A stretch of DNA of 64,000 nt from Candidatus Saccharimonadales bacterium (lineage in GTDB: Bacteria; Patescibacteriota; Saccharimonadia; Saccharimonadales; 2-12-FULL-41-12), in the NCBI GenBank assembly GCA_025451045.1, contig JANWLD010000001.1:5812-69811 (forward strand). The letters are read 5' to 3'. Shown here one piece after another: positions 42,209 to 52,061 of the stretch; positions within the stretch are counted from its first letter, which is position 1; each line of letters begins with the position of its first letter. The position numbers were made by a program, and so were the translations under genes. The notes beneath the pieces are model-generated. The model worked only from the letters and a program-made list of their open reading frames with translations. It was not told where the DNA came from and ran no database searches.

Positions 42209-42523
42209 CTATATAGGAAGGTCGGGATTAGGCCCTGTGTCACGCATGTGCCGTGCTTGTTCTTCTATTTTTGCCTGGACTTCCGCGGATTCAGGGTTAA
42301 TCATCCCTGGTGGTTCAGACACTTCTTGTACAATCTTGTCCAGTGCTGACAGGTGCATAATTTTAGGTTCTTCTCCCGGGTAACGTGGTTTTATAAACCG
42401 TGGCCTGTCTACTTTTTCTAACTCTAATTGAGCTTTAAGTCTTCGTGATAAACGACCGTCTGGCTCGCATTGCTCCGGCATGGATTCATATTTTGTTTTA
42501 ATTTTTATAGGTCTATGACTCAT
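42209..42523 (-). CDS. hypothetical protein
   Basis: ATG 42523 (MSHRPIKIK) is preferred over the ORF-track TTG 42559, which overlaps truB. No recognisable family. Confidence 0.4.
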   Translation of the reverse strand: MSHRPIKIKTKYESMPEQCEPDGRLSRRLKAQLELEKVDRPRFIKPRYPGEEPKIMHLSALDKIVQEVSEPPGMINPESAEVQAKIEEQARHMRDTGPNPDLPI

Positions 42524-42536
42524 AACTGCAAGTATA

Positions 42537-43205
42537 TCAAGTTTGGGTGATTTTGTCAATAGCCACCTCTGTTGGAGAAATGGCTTTTTCTATAGAAAAT
42601 TGCCCTATTTCTGTCCTTCTCAGCTCTGTTAAATACGCTGCTGTGCCTAGTTTTTGGCCAATATCTTCGGCAAGCGAGCGTATGTAAGTGCCTGAAGAGA
42701 CTTTAACAGTGAATGAAACCAGCGGATAATCATAAACTACATCTGTTATTTCATAGATTTTGACTGTCCGGGGCTCTATTTTGACCTCTTTTCCCTCTCT
42801 TGCCAATTTATAGGCTCGTTTTCCATCTACTTTTACGGCTGAATAGGCCGGCGGCATCTGTTCGTACGTATCCATAAAATACGCGATAGCGTTTTTAATC
42901 GACGTTTCATCGGGTTTTTTAACCGAAACTTTAGTTATTTCACCTTCGGAATCTCCGGTAGAGCTGGTCTCACCCAGTTTTATTACCGCTTCATAAGTTT
43001 TATCCAATTTGCTGAACTCAGCTGCCCTCTTGGTATAATTACCTGCCACCAAGACTAATAAACCGGTTGCCATCGGATCAAGTGTGCCGGTGTGGCCGAT
43101 TTTTATCTTCTGTCCAGCTTCTTTTTTCAGGATGTTGCGGACCTTAGCCACGACATCATGCGACGTCCAGCCCTTTGGTTTATTAACAAGTATTATTCCA
43201 TTCAC
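42537..43205 (-). CDS. truB: tRNA pseudouridine-55 synthase (short form, no PUA domain)
   Basis: 222 aa, catalytic motif [14 protein letters not shown]. Confidence 0.9.
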   Translation of the reverse strand: MNGIILVNKPKGWTSHDVVAKVRNILKKEAGQKIKIGHTGTLDPMATGLLVLVAGNYTKRAAEFSKLDKTYEAVIKLGETSSTGDSEGEITKVSVKKPDETSIKNAIAYFMDTYEQMPPAYSAVKVDGKRAYKLAREGKEVKIEPRTVKIYEITDVVYDYPLVSFTVKVSSGTYIRSLAEDIGQKLGTAAYLTELRRTEIGQFSIEKAISPTEVAIDKITQT

Positions 43206-43250
43206 TTTAAAATCTTAGCAAATTCCTAAACTTATACCGCGTTGGCAGTG

Positions 43251-43269
43251 TTCCGGACTTTGTCCGGAA
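43251..43269. other. perfect 8-bp hairpin between the DHH-like gene and truB
   Basis: TTCCGGAC-TTT-GTCCGGAA. No U-tract. Confidence 0.5.
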
Positions 43270-43290
43270 GCAGGTCAATGCGGCATAAGG

Positions 43291-44796
43291 CTAGGAACTA
43301 GGGGGCAAGTATGGGGGTGGCGTAGGCGGCGGCGGGTTATCGTTGCTGTTAAGATTAGAGTCAAGTTCGGTTGAACCGATGTTTTCCCGTGGTTCGGGCC
43401 GCGGATTTTCGGTTTCAGCCGTCTCTTCAGCTTGGAGTACCGCGTCGCGGACAGCATCCAAGTCAGAATCACCAGAGCTGGCTGGTGTTGTAGAGCCAAC
43501 GACTGTGCTGTCATCTAAATGCGGGCTGGCTACGGCTTTTTCGATTTCGATAAGCGTTTGGCTGTCATCAACATCGGGCAATCCGGCAGATTTGGCCGCA
43601 TCGTCGTCTTCAGATTCGGGAATCAGCGTATCCGGCGAAGAAGAACTATCATTATCGTCTTCGCGGCTTAGTAGAGGTGTTTCCGGCAGATTGCTGAGTG
43701 GATCGGTACTACCGGCATAGTGTTTGTCCTCGGATTCCGAATTGGCCGTTAGCTGGCCGGTAAACTCCGGCGGTTTATGCATAATCCGCGGTTTATTGTC
43801 CGGCGGGGATTCGTCGTCAACAACAGATTCATCCAGGACAGCCTGAGCCTCGTCATCTGATAGTGGTTCAGGCGGCGGGGGTGGCGGTAAATCTTCAGTT
43901 TCAATTTTTTCGGCAATCGGCTCTTCAGGTTTTTTCTCAACCGATTCATGCTCAATTTCCAGTAACCCGCCTTCGGCTTCCTCGTCATTTTTCAGACTAT
44001 CGGAAGTCTGATTACCTGCCCCTTCTTCCAACTGCGTACTGACCAGCTGGGTACTGGCACCCGCAGACATTAACAGTCCGGCGACTGACATGGTGTGCGG
44101 CGCGGCTTTGTCGTTGCTGTATCTGTCGGTTTCGGCGACTATTCCGGTCAAAAGCGCAGTGGAGTTCTGCTCATCAAAGATTTTGTTGTCCAGTTCCATC
44201 GCGACATCGGCTACCATTTCACACAGGCTGCTGGCCCGATTGTCAGTCCAGTTGATAGAACCGATTCGGCTTTTTTTATCAATATTAATTGAAACAACGG
44301 CCGCGTCATGGAGTATCCGGCCATGGGCTAAAATAGCTTGATCGATATGGCTCTTGTCCTGCACCCCGAGTGCAACGATGGCGTCAACATTAAAGTCGCC
44401 TTGGCTGAATTTCAAATCTTTTTCGTCAATACTGGTTTTATAAGGCGTAATAAATATCTTTACGATGTCTTCCTCTATTTTGTAACGGAGTTTGTCGGCT
44501 TTGGCCTTGTCGAGCGCGATTATAAAGTCCCGCAGGCTGTCAGTGTCTTTTTCTAGTGTTTTTTCCGGTTTTAAGAAGTCAATGGTCGAAGGCACCTTGC
44601 CGCTGAATACCGCGTTGGCGTGTTTATTCAGTTTGTTCAAAATCAAAGTCAGGCCGATACAGGCGGCAAATTGGTCAACTGTCGGGTCAGTGCTGACGGT
44701 TACTAATATACTGCTTGATGACTTTAGTTTTTCTACGACCTGTTCAAACTCGTCCTTGGCCGGAGCATCGTCTGTTGCATTGTCTGAAGGTTTCAT
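43291..44796 (-). CDS. DHH-family (NrnA-like) protein with degenerate catalytic motifs and a long acidic/Pro-rich tail
   Basis: 501 aa. The N-terminal ~250 aa follow the DHH/DHHA1 pattern, but motif I reads STDPTVD and motif III reads INIDKK instead of DHH. The C-terminal half is low-complexity (PPPPPPEP, NPPPPTPPPYLPP). Confidence 0.6.
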   Translation of the reverse strand: MKPSDNATDDAPAKDEFEQVVEKLKSSSSILVTVSTDPTVDQFAACIGLTLILNKLNKHANAVFSGKVPSTIDFLKPEKTLEKDTDSLRDFIIALDKAKADKLRYKIEEDIVKIFITPYKTSIDEKDLKFSQGDFNVDAIVALGVQDKSHIDQAILAHGRILHDAAVVSINIDKKSRIGSINWTDNRASSLCEMVADVAMELDNKIFDEQNSTALLTGIVAETDRYSNDKAAPHTMSVAGLLMSAGASTQLVSTQLEEGAGNQTSDSLKNDEEAEGGLLEIEHESVEKKPEEPIAEKIETEDLPPPPPPEPLSDDEAQAVLDESVVDDESPPDNKPRIMHKPPEFTGQLTANSESEDKHYAGSTDPLSNLPETPLLSREDDNDSSSSPDTLIPESEDDDAAKSAGLPDVDDSQTLIEIEKAVASPHLDDSTVVGSTTPASSGDSDLDAVRDAVLQAEETAETENPRPEPRENIGSTELDSNLNSNDNPPPPTPPPYLPPSS

Positions 44797-44939
44797 CTTT
44801 TTATTTTACTTTTTTTGTTTATGCTTAACTAGGGCTCACTATACAACCGATGAAGAATTCTGTCTAGCGTATTTTTGGATTTTTTGTTAAAGTGGTGGTA
44901 AAGTATAAAATTTAAACTAATAAGGAAGCTACAAATCAT

Positions 44940-45311
44940 ATGCCTATTATCAAGTCGGCTCAAAAACGGGTCAGAAGCGCTAAAAAAGCCACCATCCGGA
45001 ATTTGCGGACCAAACGCCAGCTTAAATCGGCCATAAAAAATGTTCGAAAAGCCGTTGATACCGGTAAGAAATCTACTGAGAGAGAGTTAAACGAGGCCAT
45101 CAGCGCAATTGACAAGGCTGTCAAAAAAGGCGTCATTCATAAAAACAAGGCCGCCCGCCAAAAAAGTCGTCTGGTTGCCGCTTTTAAAAAATCCGGCGGC
45201 AAAATTACCGGCTCCGCAGGCAAAAAGACTACCGTTAAAAAAACCGTTCCTAAGAAAACGTCAGCCAAACCTAAAAAAGCTTCCCCTATCAAAAAGTCTT
45301 CTAAGAAATAG
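44940..45311 (+). CDS. rpsT: 30S ribosomal protein S20 with Lys-rich C-terminal extension
   Basis: 123 aa, MPIIKSAQKRVRSAKKATIRN. About 35 extra K/T/S-rich residues. Confidence 0.9.
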   Translation: MPIIKSAQKRVRSAKKATIRNLRTKRQLKSAIKNVRKAVDTGKKSTERELNEAISAIDKAVKKGVIHKNKAARQKSRLVAAFKKSGGKITGSAGKKTTVKKTVPKKTSAKPKKASPIKKSSKK

Positions 45312-46260
45312 ATATCAGCAGGTTTTTGAGAGCATCGTCGGCATCAATCGAGCTGGTTTTTAGCTGCCTATCCAGCTCGACCAGTTTAGCTAACGTGTTT
45401 CGTATTTGTTCGCGGCCCATACGCTGAGCGATAGAGTGGGTCTTGTTAAGCGTAAACGGCTTTAATCCGCTAGTTTTCATGATTTCCGCGTCACTGCGGC
45501 TACTGGCAGCATCAATCATCGCAACCAAATGCATTTGCCAAACTATCAGGCCAAAGATTTTCAGCGGTTCCTCGCCCTGGATTCGTTGCTGTTCATATAT
45601 ATGCATGGCCTTTCTGCTGTTTCCACCAAAGGCCGCGTCTAGTAAGTTAAAAATGGTAGTCTGCGGGCTGGCTTCGGTCAATAATTCGATGTTTGCTCTT
45701 GAGATATCTTTATCATAATCGATAAGTTTCTTAAGCTCGTTGGCCGCTAGTTCTTGACCAATCCCAACTCTTTGCACCAAATAATACGCATCGGCAAAGC
45801 TTAATTTTGCACCCATTTTTTTTGCCTCGTTTGTCAGCCAGTTGGCCAGCTCGCGTTCATCCGGTTCGTTGAATTCTGTCAAATCAGCCTGTTTTTTCAG
45901 ATATTTATAATAAGTGCCTCGTTTGTCGATTTTCGGCTCAACAATTATCAGTTCATTGCCGGTTTCAGCTTTATCTATCAATCCTTCAATGTTCTCATTA
46001 GCTTCTTTAATCGTACCCAGCTCATATACAACCACCAGTTTTTTCTCAGCCAAAAACGGTACTGACTCTATAGCTGCGACTATTTGGTTGTATTCAGCCT
46101 CTTCGCCGTCTATTATCTCAACGCTCAGTTCGCCGTATTGTTTTGCGAACTCGGCTTTTGAATCTCTGATAGCCCGCTTGAGCGCAAAGCTGTTCTGTCC
46201 TATGAAAACTCTCGTCATGTAATTAGAATAACAGATTAAAGTTTCTGGCAGCGAGGGCAA
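45301..46260 (-). CDS. holA: DNA polymerase III delta subunit
   Basis: 319 aa. Length, position and pattern (…FLAEKKLVVV…, helical C-domain) fit HolA. Convergent 11-nt overlap with rpsT. Confidence 0.7.
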   Translation of the reverse strand: MPSLPETLICYSNYMTRVFIGQNSFALKRAIRDSKAEFAKQYGELSVEIIDGEEAEYNQIVAAIESVPFLAEKKLVVVYELGTIKEANENIEGLIDKAETGNELIIVEPKIDKRGTYYKYLKKQADLTEFNEPDERELANWLTNEAKKMGAKLSFADAYYLVQRVGIGQELAANELKKLIDYDKDISRANIELLTEASPQTTIFNLLDAAFGGNSRKAMHIYEQQRIQGEEPLKIFGLIVWQMHLVAMIDAASSRSDAEIMKTSGLKPFTLNKTHSIAQRMGREQIRNTLAKLVELDRQLKTSSIDADDALKNLLISIS

Positions 46261-47102
46261 AGGTGCGTGCCGCGGCCGACCACGCGTATTTTAATGATGG
46301 CCGTTCCACAGCGCGGACATGGCTGGTTCTCCCGCCGAAAAACCCGGGCAAATTTCATGTAACTGCCTTTTTTGCCCTCGGCGTCAACGTAATTTTTATC
46401 CGTTGAGCCGCCTTTTTTGATAGAAAGTTTGAGCACATAGATAAGTTCTTTATACAGCTCGTCCAGTTTCTTGTCCGATACGTCGCGAACACGTTTTTCC
46501 GGATGGATTCTCGCTCCCCATAGCGCCTCATCGGCGTAGATATTGCCCACCCCAGCGATTATTGTCTGATCCATCAGCACCGGTTTTATCCGGCTGTTTG
46601 GACGCTTTTTTAGTCGTTCTTTGAACTGTTTGGCAGTAAAATCGGCGGATAATGGCTCTGGCCCGAGTTTTTTGAAAAAGTCGGTGTTCTCTACCTCGAC
46701 CGTTGGCACTAATCTGGCCCAGCCAAATTTCCTCTGGTCGTTGAAAAACAGCTTAGCCAAGCCCAGATTGAATATCACCCTCGTGGATTTATCCGGCAAC
46801 TTACCGACCAGTGAATCTGATGGATGGCCAGCGCTGAATACAGCGGATTCGGAGCGAAAAACCAGCTGTCCGGTCATCTTCAAGTGGATAATCAAACTAT
46901 ACTCAGTAGATAAGTCGATTATCAGGACTTTTGCCCGGCGCCGGACTTGAGTAATACTAGCGCCTACCAGGAATTTATCCGTATCATTTTTTGCATTCGG
47001 AAACGACTTGGACCAATCGAACTTTACCGACTTGACCGTCAATCCGGGCAATAACTTAGACAATCCTGACCGTACAGTTTCAACCTCAGGTAATTCCGGC
47101 AT
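46236..47102 (-). CDS. mutM: formamidopyrimidine-DNA glycosylase
   Basis: 288 aa. N-terminal MPELPEVE, H2TH, C-terminal zinc finger CPRCGT...CPRCQ. Confidence 0.9.
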   Translation of the reverse strand: MPELPEVETVRSGLSKLLPGLTVKSVKFDWSKSFPNAKNDTDKFLVGASITQVRRRAKVLIIDLSTEYSLIIHLKMTGQLVFRSESAVFSAGHPSDSLVGKLPDKSTRVIFNLGLAKLFFNDQRKFGWARLVPTVEVENTDFFKKLGPEPLSADFTAKQFKERLKKRPNSRIKPVLMDQTIIAGVGNIYADEALWGARIHPEKRVRDVSDKKLDELYKELIYVLKLSIKKGGSTDKNYVDAEGKKGSYMKFARVFRRENQPCPRCGTAIIKIRVVGRGTHLCPRCQKL

Positions 47103-47125
47103 AGGTGTTATTATAAGACCAAACC

Positions 47126-47362
47126 ATGGATTCTATAAAAGATGTACTCAAAGACAAGGATTTTGAGCAACCCGACGAAATCCAACAGATTAAAGATTTT
47201 GTAAAATCCAAATTTGACGAAGAACCAGCCGTCAAAATTACTAAAAACAGCATCATCATTTCTGTCAGCAGTGCATCATTAGCCGGTGCATTGAGGATGC
47301 ATCTCCACCACCTCAGCAAACAGCTTCAGACCGACAAAAAACTGCTTTTAAGAATCAACTAG
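47126..47362 (+). CDS. small hypothetical protein (weak DUF721/DciA-like resemblance)
   Basis: 78-aa ORF. The segment IIISVSSASLAGALRMHLHHL resembles the DUF721 core. Not certain. Confidence 0.35.
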   Translation: MDSIKDVLKDKDFEQPDEIQQIKDFVKSKFDEEPAVKITKNSIIISVSSASLAGALRMHLHHLSKQLQTDKKLLLRIN

Positions 47363-47377
47363 CGGCCAAGCGGCTTC

Positions 47378-47617
47378 CTAAACTTCAAATTTTTCTATGT
47401 GGTCAGTTAAGTTTTTTAAGAATTCTTTCGCCTGTGCTCTCGTGAGCGCAATCCGGCTGACAATATTTTGCTGTTCAGCTCCCGGCATAGCCTGTGAGAA
47501 GTTCAATGTAACGACGTTCTCGTTCGAACCGATAAGATATCCGTCCGCATAAAGAACCGGTACTTTGTTTACATCCACATTAAAATTCACCTTTTTCTGG
47601 TCTTTATCATTAGCCAT
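47378..47617 (-). CDS. DUF3467-like small protein
   Basis: 79 aa. Pattern YADGYLIGSNENVVTLNFSQ...VSRIALTRAQAKEFLKNL fits DUF3467. Confidence 0.5.
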   Translation of the reverse strand: MANDKDQKKVNFNVDVNKVPVLYADGYLIGSNENVVTLNFSQAMPGAEQQNIVSRIALTRAQAKEFLKNLTDHIEKFEV

Positions 47618-47682
47618 AGTTACTCCTTTCCGTAAGCTCTATTATCGCAAATTTAAAAATAAAAATCTCAGATTATGCTCAT

Positions 47683-47766
47683 GCTTGCCTCGTAGTGAGC
47701 CTTCGAGCCTATTTGCCTTTGGCAAATACTATGCGTAGCAACTCGAAGATCTACTACGGGGCTTGC
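47683..47766. repeat. hairpin element copy 1 (MITE-like or structured-RNA candidate)
   Basis: Outer stem 47691-47707 / 47742-47758. Inner perfect hairpin ATTTGCC-TTT-GGCAAAT at 47711-47727. GCTTGC occurs at both ends (47683, 47761). Confidence 0.6.
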
Positions 47767-47793
47767 AAAAGTGAACTATAAATTGTAGAGTTT

Positions 47794-48423
47794 TTGGTAA
47801 TGAATCTTGTTGCTACTGCTGAAAGGGAGCGGGCTAAAGCTGCTCCAGAATCTGCTGAGTCTTTATTTAGACTAGCAAAAGGCAACCGCTTGCTTGCTAT
47901 GTTTAAAAAGTTGGAAGAATTAGATAGGAAGTTCAAAGGCGTGATAATCCCTACCGACAAAGACCGTGCGGCAAGTCCTCGCTTCGTAATAGTTAAAGGC
48001 AAGGAACTACGCCATCAGGCCAGGCATCTTCGTAAAGCTGAACTGGGCGACGAAAACTTTTATGAGAATCTAACCGCTAAAATTCCAAAACTGGCTAAGC
48101 CCAAAAATATCGTCATAGACCATACGGATATAACCCCGAGTGGGAGAGGCCATCATTTATCTATAGGCTTTGACGAAGACAGTACTCAAGCCCTAGACGA
48201 AGAACGATGTGAGGTGCTTACGGCACTGGAAGAAATGGCTGACGTTCCAGACGATGGAGGATTAGATTGGCATCTGTATAATCCTGATATGTTGGCTATG
48301 TTTGTAAGATCTTCCGTACCGAAAAAAGAATCAGCTATCGAAACCGTTGCGAATTATATACAAGCCCATTTACCTATGAAAATTGTACTTGAACCTATAT
48401 ATAACCCCGTGGACCAAGTGTAA
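47794..48423 (+). CDS. hypothetical protein
   Basis: 209-aa ORF, no family recognised. Convergent with polA. Confidence 0.45.
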   Translation: MVMNLVATAERERAKAAPESAESLFRLAKGNRLLAMFKKLEELDRKFKGVIIPTDKDRAASPRFVIVKGKELRHQARHLRKAELGDENFYENLTAKIPKLAKPKNIVIDHTDITPSGRGHHLSIGFDEDSTQALDEERCEVLTALEEMADVPDDGGLDWHLYNPDMLAMFVRSSVPKKESAIETVANYIQAHLPMKIVLEPIYNPVDQV

Positions 48424-48424
48424 T

Positions 48425-51043
48425 TTAAAGCTCTCCCCAATTCTTACCGATAGCAGTGTCTACAGTTAGTTTGATCGGCAATTTATAGACATTTTCCATG
48501 ATATCTTTTAGCTCATGAGCCAGTTTGTCGGCTTGGTTTTGGGGTGTTTCAACCAATATGGAGTCATGGATTTGCAGGAGCATTTCGCTGTCTTTGTATT
48601 TTTCCAAGTGATCTTGAGCTTTGACCATAGCTAGTTTCATGATATCCGCGCAGGTGCCTTGCAGGGGCATGTTTATTGCCGCGCGCTCAGCCGCGGCTCG
48701 AACGGCAAAATTGGAGGATTTGATATCAGGCGTCGGGCGGCGGCGGCCGAATAGCGTTTCAACGTAACCTTGAGCATTAGCCTGCTTCTTAATCTTGTTC
48801 ATGTAGTCCAAAATCGGGGCTCTTAACTCAAAATATTTGTCGATAAACTCTTTAGCGGCTGCAAACGTCATACCGGTTGCTACGGAAAGGCCATGCGGAC
48901 TCATTCCATATAAAATCCCAAAATTAATGACCTTGGCATCGCGGCGCATGTTTTTGGTTACATCCTCCGGTTCGCGGCCATAAACTTGTGAAGCCGTTGC
49001 CGTGTGCACATCCACATCACGGTTAAACATATCAATCAGTTCTTTGTCTTTGGCCAGAAGTGCCGCCATTCGCAGCTCGAACTGACTGTAGTCGGCACTA
49101 ATTAGCGCCTTGCCCGGGTCAGTTACAAAAGCCGTTCGGATTTTGCGGCCCAAATCCGTGCGTACAGGAATATTTTGCAAATTGGGATCACTGCTGGAAA
49201 GTCGCCCAGTCGGCGCTGTTGTTAGGCTGAAAGTTGTATGCAGGCGGCTGTTTTCATCGACCATCTCCGGCAAGGGTTCGACATATGTGTTCATCAGTTT
49301 GGTAACTTCGCGGTATTTGGTTATCAAATCGATTATCGGATGCGCGCTGCGTAGTTTGTCCAACTCGTTGGCGGCTGTCGAATAAGTCGTCTTGCCCTTT
49401 TTGATGCCCTCGGTCGGGAGATTCAATTTATGGAACAAAATATCCGAAAGCTGGGCCGGGCTGGAAATATTGAACTCCTGATTGGCATGTCCGTAAATCT
49501 GTTGCTCTATATCGCTGATGGTGTCTTTGAGCTGTTCGGCGAATTTACGCAGATAATCAACATCCAGCGTGATGCCGATATATTCCATCTCGGCTAATAC
49601 CGGGATTATCGGCCATTCGATTTTTTTAGCGAAACCGGCAATCTTCTGTAAATCTTTGAAGTCTTTTTGCTGATGCTCATATAGTTTGCGAATAACAGAG
49701 ATTTCTTCGTTATTCGTGCCATCCATTCCCTGCAAATGTACGTCCAGCTCAGTTTCGGCTAACTCGCTAAGGCTTTGCTCGCGGCGCAAAGGGTTTATCA
49801 AAAATGCCCCAATGAGCGTGTCATGCTTTATCTTTTTCGGATGAATTCCTAAGGTTCTGAGTATCTGAAGTGTCGCCTTCAGGTTATGGCCGACCAAGTC
49901 CGCGCTTTCGATGTAACTTCCCAGCTTTTTTTGCACGCTTTGCGCGCTTAATGCCGTCAAGTTCAAAGTATATGATTGCTTTTCACCGGGTGAAATCGTC
50001 AGGGCCAGCGGCTCTTTGCCATGCGGTTTCTCGCTGACACCGTAGGCTATCAACTCACTCGTCTTAGGCAGAGTCAAAGCCTCCAGCTCCTGCTCGGTAG
50101 TAATTTGGTTCGCATCGGGCAGTGTGACTTGCTTTGATTTTTTCACCTCCTGCTTTTCGGGTAAATGCATATACTCCGGCAGCTGGCGGGCCAGCGTGCG
50201 GAATTCCAGTTTCTGCAACACTTCCTGTACTTTTTTAGGGTCGCATTTGCTACCGTCAACTTCAGCCAAGTTCAATTTAATCGGCGCGTCCGTCCAGATA
50301 GCCGCCAGCTTTTTACTCAAATAAGACGACTCTTTGCCAATCTCCAGTTTTTTGGCCAGTGTATCTTTAAGCAGGCCGATATTTTCATAAACTCCGTCGA
50401 GTGTTTTATGGTCATTCAACAGCTGTTTAGCTGCCACCGGACCAACGCCCGGCACACCCGGAATATTATCGGAACTGTCGCCAACCAGTGCTTTATAATC
50501 CAAAAATTGTTCGACTTTTATGCCATATTTGGTTTCAAAAGTTTCCGGGCTATAAAGATGTATCTCACTAAAGCCTCTCTTTAGCGCGTAGACTTTGGTG
50601 TGATCATTGACTACCTGCAATAAATCTAAATCAGAGGTAATAAGCAGACTGTTTATGCCCTTTTTGCCTGCCTGTGCCGCCAAAGTGCCCATTATGTCAT
50701 CGGCTTCGTAATCATCAAGCTCATAAAGCGGCCAGCCGAAAGCCTCCAGCAGCTCGTGAAGCAGTGGAACCTGCTCATAAAAGTCAGCCGGCGCGGGTTT
50801 GCGCCCGGCTTTGTATGCCGGATAGAGTTCAAGCCTTTTTCGAATATTGGTTTTTGGCTTATCCCAAGCCACGCATACATAATCAGGATCTAAGCGTTTG
50901 ATGACTTCCAGTGCCATGGCCGCGAAACCATAAACTCCTCCGGTCGGCGTACCATCGTTCGTCGAAAGGTTCGGCATCGCGTAATAACCACGGTAAAAAA
51001 CACTCTTCCCATCAATAATCGCGAATTTCTTGGCCTCCGCCAT
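48425..51043 (-). CDS. polA: DNA polymerase I
   Basis: 872 aa. 5'-nuclease domain, 3'-5' exo-like domain, and polymerase motifs DYSQFELRMAA, RRDAKVINFGILYG, QIHDS. Confidence 0.95.
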   Translation of the reverse strand: MAEAKKFAIIDGKSVFYRGYYAMPNLSTNDGTPTGGVYGFAAMALEVIKRLDPDYVCVAWDKPKTNIRKRLELYPAYKAGRKPAPADFYEQVPLLHELLEAFGWPLYELDDYEADDIMGTLAAQAGKKGINSLLITSDLDLLQVVNDHTKVYALKRGFSEIHLYSPETFETKYGIKVEQFLDYKALVGDSSDNIPGVPGVGPVAAKQLLNDHKTLDGVYENIGLLKDTLAKKLEIGKESSYLSKKLAAIWTDAPIKLNLAEVDGSKCDPKKVQEVLQKLEFRTLARQLPEYMHLPEKQEVKKSKQVTLPDANQITTEQELEALTLPKTSELIAYGVSEKPHGKEPLALTISPGEKQSYTLNLTALSAQSVQKKLGSYIESADLVGHNLKATLQILRTLGIHPKKIKHDTLIGAFLINPLRREQSLSELAETELDVHLQGMDGTNNEEISVIRKLYEHQQKDFKDLQKIAGFAKKIEWPIIPVLAEMEYIGITLDVDYLRKFAEQLKDTISDIEQQIYGHANQEFNISSPAQLSDILFHKLNLPTEGIKKGKTTYSTAANELDKLRSAHPIIDLITKYREVTKLMNTYVEPLPEMVDENSRLHTTFSLTTAPTGRLSSSDPNLQNIPVRTDLGRKIRTAFVTDPGKALISADYSQFELRMAALLAKDKELIDMFNRDVDVHTATASQVYGREPEDVTKNMRRDAKVINFGILYGMSPHGLSVATGMTFAAAKEFIDKYFELRAPILDYMNKIKKQANAQGYVETLFGRRRPTPDIKSSNFAVRAAAERAAINMPLQGTCADIMKLAMVKAQDHLEKYKDSEMLLQIHDSILVETPQNQADKLAHELKDIMENVYKLPIKLTVDTAIGKNWGEL

Positions 51044-51071
51044 AAGGCTAATTATACAGGGGTTTTAAGAT

Positions 51072-52013
51072 TTAAGCAGTTGCGGCTTCGTGTAGTAATT
51101 TTGCCGTCAACACAGCTTGGCGCAAACCCGTATATGGATTCTGAAAGTTGGTTGAATCTGCTTTTTGTTCTTCTGTTTTGGCAATCGGGAAACTATCTGT
51201 TCGTATAAATACATCGGGGGCCTCTTCTGAATCGAATTTTGGACTCACATTTGCCTTTATTGCTTGTCTGAACTGAACAGCTAATTGAATTCCGGCGTTG
51301 GCCACCCGTGCGAAAGTTACCGGTATATCTGGTTCAAATAGTTTTTCATAACTTACTTCGTGATCTTCTTCGCTTAATTTAATGCTACGGCTAAAACTAT
51401 CTGCAAGTTTTTCACCGCTATCAGTGTCATAAGAGGTCAAAATTGCTTGAGCTCCGGCTTCGTTTAAAACAGGCAGTACATATCTTGTAGCAAATTCGCT
51501 TTCAGTAGGATATCTGCCATGTTCTACATAAAATTTTTCAACGTTCAGATTAACTTGTTCTGATTTAATTTTGCCCATGACTCTATTACCGGTAACCACA
51601 CGAACCTCCGGCCCAAGGGTGCCTTCGCCGATAGCTTCAGCTACAAGTTTAGTTGTTCGGTCCTGCCAGTTGGCGACCGCGCCGGTTATGACCGTAAATG
51701 CAGGGCCCGGGCCCAAATCACCTATTTTCAAATCCGGCGTCCACAGGCTTCTATCCAAAGGTTTTTGTACGCCGGATCTATCAAGCAAATCAGCTGCTGT
51801 TTCAAGGTCTATAGCATCAACTTCTTCGTTAGCCCCAAGAACTTTATTCTTGCCTAGAACACCTACTAACTTATACATTTCCTGAGGGTCAGGAGCATTA
51901 TCAAGCTCGAAGTTCAACCGTTCGGCAATTTCAGGTATAAGACCGCCGGCCAGCTCATAGACGTTGTCGCCTAGCTCAAAAGTACTAAAGTCTCTCTCTG
52001 CAACTTCACTCAT
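51072..52013 (-). CDS. hypothetical protein
   Basis: 313-aa ORF, acidic, no family recognised. Confidence 0.45.
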   Translation of the reverse strand: MSEVAERDFSTFELGDNVYELAGGLIPEIAERLNFELDNAPDPQEMYKLVGVLGKNKVLGANEEVDAIDLETAADLLDRSGVQKPLDRSLWTPDLKIGDLGPGPAFTVITGAVANWQDRTTKLVAEAIGEGTLGPEVRVVTGNRVMGKIKSEQVNLNVEKFYVEHGRYPTESEFATRYVLPVLNEAGAQAILTSYDTDSGEKLADSFSRSIKLSEEDHEVSYEKLFEPDIPVTFARVANAGIQLAVQFRQAIKANVSPKFDSEEAPDVFIRTDSFPIAKTEEQKADSTNFQNPYTGLRQAVLTAKLLHEAATA

Positions 52014-52061
52014 TTAAGTAAATTATACCTGCGAAGTCCAAACCATAAAATTGCTTATGCT

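Noticed and set aside
47754-48002. 82-aa minus-strand ORF
   Set aside because: It starts inside the 47794-48423 gene on the opposite strand and runs into hairpin element copy 1. There is no coding signal, so it is likely spurious.
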